Of a stretch of 64,000 nucleotides of DNA, positions 1 to 11,553 are shown piece after piece; position 1 is the stretch's first letter, and every line of letters begins with the position of its first letter. This DNA is from the human T2T-CHM13v2.0 reference genome, Homo sapiens: NCBI RefSeq assembly GCF_009914755.1, contig NC_060930.1, one strand, 5' to 3'. Under the pieces are notes generated by a model, which did not search any database, was not told the origin of the DNA, and worked only from the letters and a program-made list of their open reading frames with translations. Position numbers and translations under genes: made by a program.

Positions 1-669
1 ACGTACACACTTAATGTTAGATTTCTAGTTACCTTGGAAACTCAGGATTATAATATGCTGCTACAACAATAATAACTAATCTCTTTTGAAAGCTTATCAC
101 ATGGTGCTCATCATGTTGGAGACGTCCCATGTATAATTTTATTTAATTCTTACAAAAGCTGTAAGTGTTAGATAACCTGTTTTCTTTATGGAAGTGATGG
201 AGCCATTCTTTGTTGTGTTTGGTAGTGTCTTTATTTTAATTTGTGGACAAGCTTGATAAGTACATAAAGTGCTTTTTTTTCTGGTAAGATGATTGCTCTT
301 TCAGTTTCTCTTTCATGATATACAAAATACCTTTATATAATGTATTATTTTAGTAACTTGAAATTTTTCCTTCTTCCATCCTATGTTACTGCTTTGTTAC
401 ATGCCATGAGAAGAAAATTTTTAAAAATGTTTTCCTCATATTTTCTATGTTGCTTCTTAATATCTCACCTTTGAAATACTAGTCATTTCTGTCCTAGAAA
501 GCTTTCTATTAACTAATGTGGTTAGTCAGAGAAGTGCTACTGAGGGGATTATATTATATTTGCAGCTACTGACTTACCACAAACTAAAAAATGCTTTGTC
601 CTTTATCTACTATTCCTTTATACTTGACACGTAGCACTGTCTTATTTTCTCTGTGGTAGGCACACAACC

Positions 670-770
670 ATTCATTCATTCAACAAATATATATTGAGCA
701 TCTACTAAATGTTAAGCACTGGGGATGCACTGGTGATCCAAACAGGCATCATTAATTCTTGCCTTCATGG
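670..770 (-). mobile_element. L2 3' end fragment
   Basis: ATTCATTCATTCAACAAATAT..TTGAGCATCTACT is the reverse complement of the L2 terminus. Confidence 0.65.
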
Positions 771-1324
771 ATGATTGCATGTGTTGGGCCCCAGCACACC
801 TCCCAGACTGTGAAAACACATTGGCAAACTGTAGACATCAGCTGGTTTGTTTTGCCCAGGATGAAAATTACTGAGTGTCAAATAATAAAATCAAGAGAAA
901 AGACCATCCCAGTGTAATTTGCTCCACCTACAAATCTTCACCCACTTAATTAATCTTTTACAAATATATATGTATCTTCATTCAAAACAACACTTTGGTC
1001 TAAATGGTGATTGGTTCCAGAGGATATGGAGCAAATATTTAGATCAATTAACTTGCCACTGATTGTCATGTAACTTCTGATGAGTAAGATTTTTAGCTAT
1101 TGTGGACAAGAGTCACAGGGTTTGTAAAAATCTTTTGGATGATAGTAGACAAGGGTCAAGATTCTTAGAAGGTGCCTTTCTATTTTATTTTGGAGTAAAA
1201 ATATTAAGGGGGGAAAAAGGAGGAAATAGTGTAAGTAAACATGGTAATATTCTGATACTCTTATCAATTAGAAATTTTTGTTCAGTCTCATACATTTACT
1301 CTACCCTAAAAAGAAAGAGAGAAA

Positions 1325-1540
1325 TGAATATTTATTGGGTACCTACTATGTGCCAGGCCATACACTAGGGCTCTTATATGTCACTTAATTTTTACATCCA
1401 TCTTATGAGGTTCAGATGCTTTTATTATGCCCCTTTTATAAAAATAGAACTAAATTTCATGGAATTTGAGTAAGTTATATAGGATTATCCATGAATAATA
1501 AGTAGATTTATGTTTTTGAACCCAATTCTGACTCTAAATT
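1325..1540 (-). mobile_element. MIR SINE
   Basis: ATTTATTGGGTACCTACTATGTGCCAGGC...TTTGAACCC...CTGACTCTAAA, MIR hallmarks. Confidence 0.65.
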
Positions 1541-2099
1541 CCATTGTTTCCATTAGCAGAATTAATAAGTAGATGCTATAAAACATCATCTTGGAGCTCA
1601 CATATTACCTTGGATATTTTGGAAGATGAATATTGTTTGCTAACTACTTATGGTAACCATATGTAGCCATTCAACAATAATTTCCTGTGCTCATGTTGTA
1701 CTATCCATATTGAAAAGTATGTAGCTTTAGCACTCATGCTAGTGACAATATAATTGTATTCTTTGATATTCTTTATCTCATTTCTATTTTAAAGTTATAT
1801 TCCAAAATAACCATGCATTGCTTTTATAGTAAGAGAATAACAGCTTTGAACAGTGGGAAACTCAGCCTATACAGCCATATTTTGAGAATGGATACTGGAA
1901 GCTTGAGAAAAGTATTCCTCCGAGTGTAGTTCTCCTGGGTAGGAACCATATTAGAAAGAAGATCCTGGCTGGCTACTGCGTTGTTATATACTCTGTATTT
2001 CTGCCCTTCTTATCACCTTCCTATAAATGTATATCTCTAAAGTAAGGCTGGCAGAAGCAGGGAGCAAATGAGGTGCAACATGAACCTGGGTTCTAGCCA

Positions 2100-2280
2100 G
2101 GTGGACCTGAGTTCAAATCCCATTGTCTCATGTGCTGGTTGAGCAAGTTATTTAATCTCCCTGAGTTTCATTTTTCTTACTTGTCTAGTGGACATCGTAA
2201 TTCTCTTGCTGGCTTGTGAGAAATAGAAAAGATAATATATTAAATATCAAGAGCAGTATCACATAAAACTCATTAAATGG
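2100..2280 (+). mobile_element. MIR SINE
   Basis: GACCTGAGTTCAAATCCC...GAGCAAGTTATTTAATCTCCCTGAGTTTCATTTTTCT, MIR core. Confidence 0.65.
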
Positions 2281-2664
2281 TATGTATGTGTAGGATGAAA
2301 TTTGCTCTTGGTTTGAGTGGGTTAAGTGTTTGAGGTAGCCATGGTGACAGACTATGGTTGCCAACAGTGGGAGGAGTGATCTAGACCAGAGATGCTTTTC
2401 TCATCTTTCTTTATGTACCCTGGCCTCTCACACAACCCTCTGATGCTGGCTTCCTTCATAGATTCCTAAAACATCCAAAGCTCTGGCATTCAGATTCGGT
2501 TGTTATTTTTATATGTGGTATATCTTCAAAGTGACACTTTAAAGTGACAAAATTAATAAGTGTTTAAATCACTCTTATTTTGTGACAGATCCTGAAATCC
2601 TTGAAACAGAAATCCCTCCTGTCCTCTCTGAATCTTCCATACATCTAGCATAAAGCATGCAACC

Positions 2665-3090
2665 ATTTACTTAAGAAATGTGTATTGACCTCCTACTATG
2701 TGACAGGCACTGCATTAGGTGCTGGGGATACAGCAGGAAACAAAACAAATACATTTCCCATCACAGTGGCATTTATGTTCCAACTGGGGAGCCAGACACT
2801 AAATAATTCACTGTATAGTCATATAATTTGAAAGCAGTAAATACGATGTAGAAGTACAAGTGCTAAGAGAGGGTACAACAGGAGGTTGTATCTAACCCAT
2901 GGAGCCAGGGAAGCCCTCTTTAGGTAATGATTTTATAAAGTGTGTTGTGTGTCAGAAATTATGTTAACCTCATGATGTAAATTAAAATATTCACCATGGA
3001 ATCTCTGAGTTTCTTAGAGCTCAGCAGGGCAAAGAGGAATTAACTAGGGAGAGAGCTGTGGGAGAGCATTCAAAGCAGAGGGAGAAGCAT
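2665..3090 (-). mobile_element. L2 fragment, interrupted by an ~80-bp insert
   Basis: TATTGACCTCCTACTATGTGACAGGCACTG..GCTGGGGATACAGCAG...GAGCATTCAAAGCAGAGGGAGAAGCATG. Confidence 0.65.
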
Positions 3091-4734
3091 GCCTTACTTA
3101 ATCTTACTCCATTTTAAAAAGATAACACAATAAGCCCCTCATCTTGTCCCAACCTCTAAAATTTCTAAGTATGAGAAGAAGGGAAATAACTGTTACTGAA
3201 CATATGTATGTGTCAGACTTCTAAAATAACATATGTCATGCCATTTTAACCCTAATGGGGTGAGATATTATCTAAATATTGCAAATAAGTAGTCTGATTA
3301 TGTCTTGGTTTGCTCAATATGGTTCTATCCCAGGGCAATAATTTATAATGCTCCCCTTTTCACTCTTGAAAGCGTTTCAGTTTGTGCGATAAATTCTATG
3401 GTCATAAATAAATGAAGCTCAGAGGGATTATTAATTTGCCTTGGGTTACACAGCTAGTAAGTGCAGAGGGTGATGTGATACCACATCGGTGCTCTCTGAT
3501 CTAAAGCCCATGCTCTCAACTGTGTATTGCACACACAATTTGTTGGCTCTACTCCTGTGTTCCTCTCTATGTAATTCTTCCAATCACGGTTAGGTAGCCC
3601 AAGACTAAACTGACAAAAATTGGCTTTCTGACATCTGCCTTCACTAATTCTGCTGAGTCATGTATTTCTATAAAGTACAAATGAAAAGAAATGAAGCACT
3701 AAGATTAAATATGAAACATGTATCGTAAGTAGTAGTTCTTTTCTTGGTATGCTTATCTTTATACTTACATTTAGCCTATTCTTTATGTTGCCCAAGTATG
3801 TGGAAACTAATTTAAAATGCAGTTGCTTCTGAAACTCAATATGTGACTCTAATGACAAAACATTGGCTATCATTGTTCTTTTCTATTATATGATACCTTG
3901 TGGGCTAGGGAGGTTCGTGACTTGCCCTGGTGAGCTGAGCCTGAGTGTAAGAAGTTTAGCACTTCTTAAAATAATCAATTAAACCCTCTTATATTTAAGG
4001 CATCTTAATAACACTTTCTAACACAGTTTTTATCTTGGTCAAAACTGAGTAATACAGGTAAATTTTTTTTTCAGTCGAATATGATAAAAGCTTTTGAAAG
4101 CATTCTTCATATGTAAATATATCAAAAGCATGGAATAGGATGCTATTGCTTCCCCTTTTATTTTAAACAAAAAATCAGATTATGCCAAAATCATATTATA
4201 AGTAAATATTACATTATTTTGTTCCTTTATGGAATATACTGTTACCTCAAAAGATGCTGGCATCACTCTGTCTGCTTAAAAACAAGATTTTATGAAGTAT
4301 GTCATGTGTTAGAATTTGTTTCCTTTATGATATATGTAAAAATGGTTCACTATGGAATCTCTGAACATGTTTTATTAAATAGTATTCCCAACTGTTTGCT
4401 ACATACCTTATTAGTACCTCTTTGAATATATTTTCAGGTCTTTCAGTCAATCTATCATTCATTTATTCAATTCATATTCCTGTGCCACTGAATATGTTGC
4501 TTGTGCAACTGCTGTTAGCACAAGTGGATTTATACTTAGTAGACCGGAAATATATACCACCTTCCTTCCTTGCTTTCTAACTCAGAGAACGTCTCCTGAT
4601 CTTCATCTAGCTCATTCTGCTCTCTTCCCAGCCAAGACCACAAATAGAATTTTATTTAGTAATTTTGTGGAAACTCCCTTTTTTTTCCCCCAAACTGTCT
4701 TCTTTTCTTACATTCATCAAATATTATGGCTAAA

Positions 4735-5010
4735 AGAAGGCTCTGTGGACTGTGCAGTTCAGCACTTCTGTCACACTGTGAGTGGGATGACAGTGTGCAT
4801 TATGAAAGGAAAGGGTTCTGTGGCCAAATAAATACGGGAAACCACGGGCTAAACACAGCTTAAAAGGCCTTTTGACTGTGAGACACCTCCAAATATAGGA
4901 TATGGAATATACCAATTCCTAAATTTATTTGACCACAAAAACCCTTGCTCACCGTTTGTCTTGCAAGGCTGATATTCTAAGAAGGGCACGTTGGATAACG
5001 CTGATCTAGA
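4735..5010. mobile_element. Old hAT/Charlie-type MITE remnant with an internal inverted repeat
   Basis: AGGGTTCTGTGGCCAAATAAATACGGGAA (~4812) is the imperfect reverse complement of TTCCTAAATTTATTTGACCACAAAAACCCT (~4916-4945). Confidence 0.45.
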
Positions 5011-5431
5011 ACCTCATTTTATAAACAAATTGCCCCTGAGAAAATAAGTGACTCACCCAAGACCTCACAGCTATTTGGTGGAAAATCAGGAGACCACAAC
5101 CTATTTTTGCTGCTTCTGACCTAAGCAACTGGACATTTCACAGCCCTGAGAATCCTGCTGTCTCTTCCTGCATGCATTTGTGGATATGACTTACAAGATG
5201 GAATCTGACTGCTGTTACTTGCGTCCTGCTCCTTTCTTTAGCCCGTATACGTTTGACTCTTTGTAAGGGCTGTGAACGCCAGTGATTTCCTATTCCAGTG
5301 GAACTAGGAAAGTTGACATTAGGTTGATTCCATTTTCTTCTGAACAGTCAATTCAAAGTTTACCAAAATTGTCTTTTTCATTAGAAAAAAATAAGTTTAT
5401 ATGATAAAGAGTTCACTTTCAGTCAAAAAGT

Positions 5432-7015
5432 TCATTGGACAAGTATTTATTGAATGCCTTTACATGCCACATACTACTCTAGGTGCTACAGAAATAGCAG
5501 TAACCAAAACAAAATCCTTGCCCTCATGGTGATTAAAATCCAATGAAGGAAATCAGGGAAGAAACAAGCATCAGAGGTTGGTAAGTCCTTTGAAGAAAAA
5601 TAACATGGGCTAAGACGGGTAGAGAGTGCTGGCAGGGGGGCAGGTGTGGGATTGCAATTTTATATAAGGTGGTAAGGGATCTTTCACTGTTAATGTGATA
5701 TTTGGGCAGAGACATGAGGAAATGAAGGCATGGTAACCATCTTGGGAAGAACATTGTGGAGAGTAGGATTAGCATGTTCTAGAAATACATGAAGGTCATT
5801 GTGTCTGGAGTTGAAGGAGAAAAGGGGAGAGTGGTAGGTGTAAGATCATTGGGCTATAGGTTGTTATGAGAACTGATACTCTTGGTAACACAGGAATCTA
5901 GTGGAGAGTTTTGCCTAGAGAAGTAACATGGCCTGACTTCTGTTTTAAAAGGTTTACTCTTGCTGCTATATGGAAGATATGCAGATTGGGTTCCCAGGAA
6001 GCAGGCTCTGAGATGGAGATTAGCATGCAAAGTTTATTAGGGAGTGCTCCCAGGAGCAATACCTGTAGATGGGAAGGAGGCAGAGGGAGAGACTGGGCTA
6101 CAGAGTGGTCTCAAAGCCTAGCTGACCTCATGAGGAGCTCTGGAATGGATTCCTCTCTAGAGTTGTTTCAAGCTGGAGTGAGGGGGCCAGGATTTTATAT
6201 GGATGCATCAACTAGCCATCCGATGTCCCTAAGAAGGCAGAGTGACTTTGGGCAAGAAGTTTTTTTTTTCTTGAAGAAGACTGACAGCTGACCACAGTTA
6301 CAGCACTCCCAGCAGCTGGGGAATACGTCCTTCAGCCTGACAGGGATACGGATGGTTCATCAGACCATCCATATGGTGCTCATCAGAGCATCCACTCAGG
6401 AGTCAAAGTGGAAGCAGAAAGACCAATTAGGAGGCAATGATTCGGAAAGAAGACGATGGCAGGTTCCGCTACTGGGATGTTAGAAGTAGAAGTAGTGAGA
6501 TAGATTCATTTTTTGGATTTATTTTGAAGGGACAGCCAATAGGATTTACTAATACATTGATGAGCGATTCTGAAAAACCAAGAAGAATAATATGAACTCA
6601 TTATTTTTAGCCTAAGCAACTAGAAATAGGTAGAAACTGTCTGAAGAAGTGAGGAAAATTTTGGGAGGTGGGGAACAACTTCAAAAGAAATGCAATTAAT
6701 TCAGATTCAGATGTGCTGATGTTCAGATATCTATGAGATGTTCCAATAATGATGTTAATTGTGTGAGTGAAGTCATCCAGAGAAGCCATCCAGTCTGGGG
6801 AAATAAATTGGAATTCATTGGCTTATAAATGTTATTTACAGCTAAGTAACTGGATGTGATCACCAAGGAATGACTCCTGGGCTACTTCAAAGCTGAGGGG
6901 TCAGATGGCACAAAGCAGACAGAGGAGTGTCCAGGGGATAGGAAGAGGACTGAAAGGAAATGGATTGCCTGAAACCAAGCTAAGAAAGTAATTCAACAAG
7001 GAGAGAGTGAACCAC
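5432..7015 (-). mobile_element. L2 element split by a nested LTR
   Basis: TATTTATTGAATGCC..., AACAAAATCCTTGCCCTCATGG, TTTTAAAAGGTTTACTCTTGCTGCT...GACCAATTAGGAGGC; L2 motifs on both sides of 5979-6372. Confidence 0.65.
5979..6372 (-). mobile_element. ERVL LTR16-like solo LTR
   Basis: GGGTTCCCAGGAAGCAGGCTCTGAGATGGAGATTAGCATGCAAAGTTTATTAGGGAGTGCTC is typical of the LTR16 end. Confidence 0.6.
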
Positions 7016-8958
7016 ATACACTTATTCCTAATGGATAAATGTTTCTTATCATTGTCTCTGTGCCTCTTTCAAATTCTACCCTGTATAGGGCTTATTCATT
7101 TTTTCTGAATATCTTGTTAGGTCAAACAGTACTTTGAAGCTTTTGGTTTACTTTAATTAAGGACTACTGATATCTTTTTAAACTAGGAGGACATACTCCA
7201 AGGAGAAGAGTAAGCAGTATAACTATATACCTATAGCAGTATATTACTTATAAGTTATAGCGGTATACTACTATAAGCAGTAATAACAGAAGTAGAAGTC
7301 TGTGTCCAATACAGATGAGGCCAAATTTAGACTGTAATGGAATTTCACATATCGTTGATGAGATGTCAGGATTCACTTTAAATATTGCACACTCAATTCT
7401 GAGCCTGTGAATCGGGTTAGTCCTGATTAGGATCTCTGGAATCACCCATTACCTGAGAGACACGGATACGAACACCTAATGATTCCCATTTTTAGAGGAA
7501 AAAGGGCTGAGCAGAAGTGTCCCAGTGTTTGCCAGAAATAGGACCTAGGAGTGCAGGAGCTAAGAGTGAAATCTCCCCGAAAACAACCTGACATGCATTG
7601 CCCATGCAGTCTGTGTTCAGCACGTGACTTGTCATCCTCCTCTGACTTCATTCACTGCTCCCGTCACGAGTGAAGGTGTCTCTTTAATGAGACTATAAGC
7701 CATGCTGAGAACAGGTTCCAAGCCTTTATTATTTTATGTCTTCAGAGCTTAGAATCGTGACTGGCACTCAATAGATGTTTATTAAGATAAATAAATGGGA
7801 CTTCTGGTACCTTCTGTTATCAAGCCTGAGGCATAAAAACAGACAAATGGATGTCTGAATAGCCTTGGCAGCTGGATCTGTTTAATCACTTACATGTTTC
7901 TTGGCAAACTTGTGGACTAATCTATTTCTTTTTTCTCAAATTTGTTTCCCATGTCAGGAAGAGAGATTATTTGTTCTGTATTATTTTTTTAAAAGCAATA
8001 TCTTAAGAGTCTTTCAGCTGAAAGGTATTGCAGTAATATCCGTTTAGTAATAAGGGTGACGGATGCCTGCTTCAGCTATCATCAATAATGCCAGATTTTA
8101 AAGAGAATTTTGGATTGTATTCATCTATTGCAAGCTTTGACAAACTTTGTTTTCCTGTGAAAACAAAAAAAAGATTATTCAACAGAGCAGTTTGTGTTTG
8201 TTAGTGGGAGAGAGATCATTAAAAGTTTGTGATTATAAAATGCTTAAGGGTCTTGGGCAGACCATAGATGACTTTTTGTCTATAGAAAAGTTGTTGTAAT
8301 TAGAGGATAGATTCTCTTCTCCTCTCCACTCAGGTAATTTATATGCTCTTTTGTCATCCAAGACTAGGACCCATTTTTTGACCAGGTGCCATCACTTTCT
8401 ATTTAAATACAGAATGGTTTCTATAGAAATTATCCAAAATACATGTGCTCTTTGAAGCTATATGTAGTTACTATCCAGATGGCTGAAGCATGCTGTTATA
8501 ATGCATGACCATTTATGTGTTTTTAAGTGAAAATTATGACTTCTAGTATTATAAGAAATAGTCTATAACAGCAATTATTAGTTAATAAAACAAGGGAAAG
8601 AAAATGGTTAGAGGAAAGTTACCAATAAGACACAGAGAAAAATGTCAAAATAATAAATTGGTTTTCATGTTGTAAAATGACTCAAGAAAGAATCTGAGCA
8701 GGGAAGAGTAGGGGCTGAAGTATTTTCTCTTCTAAATTTGATTATGCCAACTTGCATAAATATTGCTTTCTGTTTGTGGGAGAGAATGAGAGAAAGAAAA
8801 GATCAGAGAGGAAAGGACAGAATGAGACATAGAAGAAGAGTTTCATAGCGTTTGAATCCACCTGGAATAAACTGATTGACCACTGACAAAAATCTGGACT
8901 GTCACTTCTTCTTGGAGAACCACACTAGAACTTTGTGATAAGAGTGATCTCTAAGATG

Positions 8959-9066
8959 TATTGATACTACCCTTTGGTGTTTTGATTTATATATATAATT
9001 TTATGTCTTCATATATATATATGTCTTTATATATATAAATCAAAACACCAAAGGGTAGTATCAATA
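8959..9066. repeat. Perfect 40-bp inverted repeat with a 28-bp AT-rich spacer
   Basis: 8959-8998 TATTGATACTACCCTTTGGTGTTTTGATTTATATATATAA is the exact reverse complement of 9027-9066. Confidence 0.95.
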
Positions 9067-9269
9067 AATACATATATATTTACATACATATATATTCATA
9101 TATATATGAATATTTCCATTTCTGTTCTTCACTGAATAAAGCTAAAACATCTTAATTCAAGATCTTTGATGACCTACATTTAACCTACTTTTTTTTTGTC
9201 TTACTTGCCTTTATTCTCATTTATGTTATTTATAAAACTAGAAAACAACAATACCCACAGGAGTAACGT

Positions 9270-9480
9270 GTATTAAGAATCTGCCTGGCACAGAGCTAAG
9301 AATCTGTGGAAATCTTACATGCTGAATTTAATTGTAATCCTCACAAGAACTCTGTGAAATGAGAGCTATTCTCATCCACATTTCACAGGTGAGAGGACTG
9401 AGCCTTTAAAAAGTTCAGTAACTTGTCTGAGGGCCCACAGCCAGTGGATGATGTGGCTCCAGGGTCCTGTGCTTTATGAC
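9270..9480 (-). mobile_element. MIR SINE
   Basis: AATCCTCACAAGAACTCTGTG...CATTTCACAGGTGAGAGGACTGAG...AGTAACTTGTCTGAGGGCCCACAGCCAGT. Confidence 0.65.
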
Positions 9481-9667
9481 TTACTGCTCTTGCTGTCCCG
9501 ATAGGTGCCTTCAATCCAGCCCTCTCTCTCTGCTTGAAATACTTGCTATTCCATCCCACCTTCATAGTTTCCCTTTCCCCGTTCTTCTAAGTGCAGCCCA
9601 AATGCCACCATCTTGAATTACTGCCCTCCAGGTGGCTGTAACATCGTTCTCTGAAATTCCTCTGTCT

Positions 9668-9844
9668 TTGCTACTCAAAGTGTAACACACCAGCAGCAGA
9701 TCTGGGGTGTGGCTCCCAGGGCATCTACTAGGAGCTTCTTGGAAATGCAGAATCTGAGGCCACATCTCAGATCTCCACACTTAGAAAGTGCATTTTAACA
9801 AGCTCCCCAGGGGATTTATGTGTGCAGTAGTTTAAGAAGAACTG
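9668..9844. mobile_element. MER5A-like DNA transposon
   Basis: CTACTCAAAGTGT...GAAATGCAGAATCT...GCATTTTAACAAG.TCCCCAGG.GATTT...AGTTTAAGAAGAACTG. Confidence 0.7.
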
Positions 9845-9858
9845 CAGTATAGGGCTTT

Positions 9859-10260
<402 letters not shown>

Positions 10261-11049
10261 AGTATAGGGCTTTTTCTTGTTTTCTTTTTTCACTTTGTAT
10301 CTTTGTTATTTGTTTACCTGTTTTATATTCTCAAACCATTAGCTTTTTGAGGGCAAGAGGCACTTACATTCTCTTTTGAGTATCCATAAATATGTGTAAA
10401 ATAGAAGAAGGCTCATAGTTTTTTTTATAACACGGCACTTATATTCAGAAATTTAGATCATATTCTAGGTCTGTGTTGTTTGGAATAGTTCCTCCCACTG
10501 TGCTAATAGAATCACTTATAGCAATTATTTTACTCATTATGTTTCCATAATCTCAGGCTTTTGATAACATCGAAAATGTGAAGAGGCATAATCTAGGTTT
10601 CTAAAATAGTAATTCCTTCCCATAGCCTTTGATCTATATCTAGTCCTTTGGATACAACACTTTTCACTGCCAAAGCACAAATGTAGATATTACAGATTTG
10701 GAGAAAAATCAATACTTAGAAAATAGAAGTACTGAAAGCTGAAGACTCCAATCAATTTCACATATGAAGTTTTAAGGTTTGTCTGCAGTCAGGATTCTCA
10801 CTGTCTTCCAGGAACCTTGGAATGAAATTCTGTTTTGACAAGGATTTGATTCCAAGCTTTATTTTAGAGGTGATTTTGTTAATAACATAACTTCAGTCAC
10901 TACAGATGCTCCTGTATTGTTGCTTACAATTTATATACTAAGGATAAAGTTACTGATATTTTGAAATAACTGTGTGTTTTCTAGTTCTTTATTTGGACAC
11001 AGTGTTTGCATGTATTTATACCTCTAAATGTTCTCTATGAGCATGACCA

Positions 11050-11457
11050 ACTGATTATTGAGATTGGCAGGTGCTAGCGCCCTTCAATCAGCTTCTCATT
11101 GCTGCACAATCTGGCTTTTCTCTTCTTTTCACAGAATATATAATTGGAATACATGCATGAAAAGAAAAGAGGGAAAACACATATCAGTGGCTTTTTTTCT
11201 TTTTCTTTTTCTTTTTTTCACTTCTACTGATTCCATTTCAGCAGTTAGTATGACCTCTCATAATGTTCCAAATCTAAAAATTGTCAAAACAGAAATCTAC
11301 TCTTCGGAGCTGACACAATTCCTCAATTTTGGAATGACTCTGCTTTACCTCTTTTTAGAATTTCTTCTTTCTGCGTGAGTGTGTGTGTGTTGTTTTAGTA
11401 TGAGGCTCCCTTCCCACCTCAGTCATTGGTTTGCTCGCTCCCTTATGTGATGAATCA
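11050..11457 (+). promoter_or_regulatory. Putative alternative promoter / 5'UTR of the MLSEQ-start MLIP isoform
   Basis: Repeat-free sequence directly upstream of an ATG-bearing exon that has a donor; reverse CCAAT (ATTGG) at ~11063 and ~11425; non-CpG-island. The TSS cannot be determined from sequence alone. Confidence 0.5.
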
Positions 11458-11553
11458 ATGCTTTCAGAACAGGGGCTTCTGAGTGACTGCGGGAACAATT
11501 ACTTCCAAATGACCTCGTGCATCTTATCAGGGAGCATTCAGACCACACCCCAG
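11458..11553 (+). CDS. MLIP: MLIP alternative first coding exon (MLSEQGLLSDCGNNYFQMTSCILSGSIQTTPQ, 32 aa)
   Basis: ATG at 11458; donor CAG|GTAAAA at 11553/11554; 96 nt, in frame with the next exon. Confidence 0.85.

Noticed and set aside
7215-7290. Degenerate TATAGCAGTATA-type repeats
   Set aside because: Low-complexity AT-rich tandem decay with no clear structure
11360-11400. Acceptor-like (GT)n TTGTTTTAG upstream of the start exon
   Set aside because: Splicing here would be out of frame with the ATG at 11458 (59 nt offset); cannot be supported without transcript data
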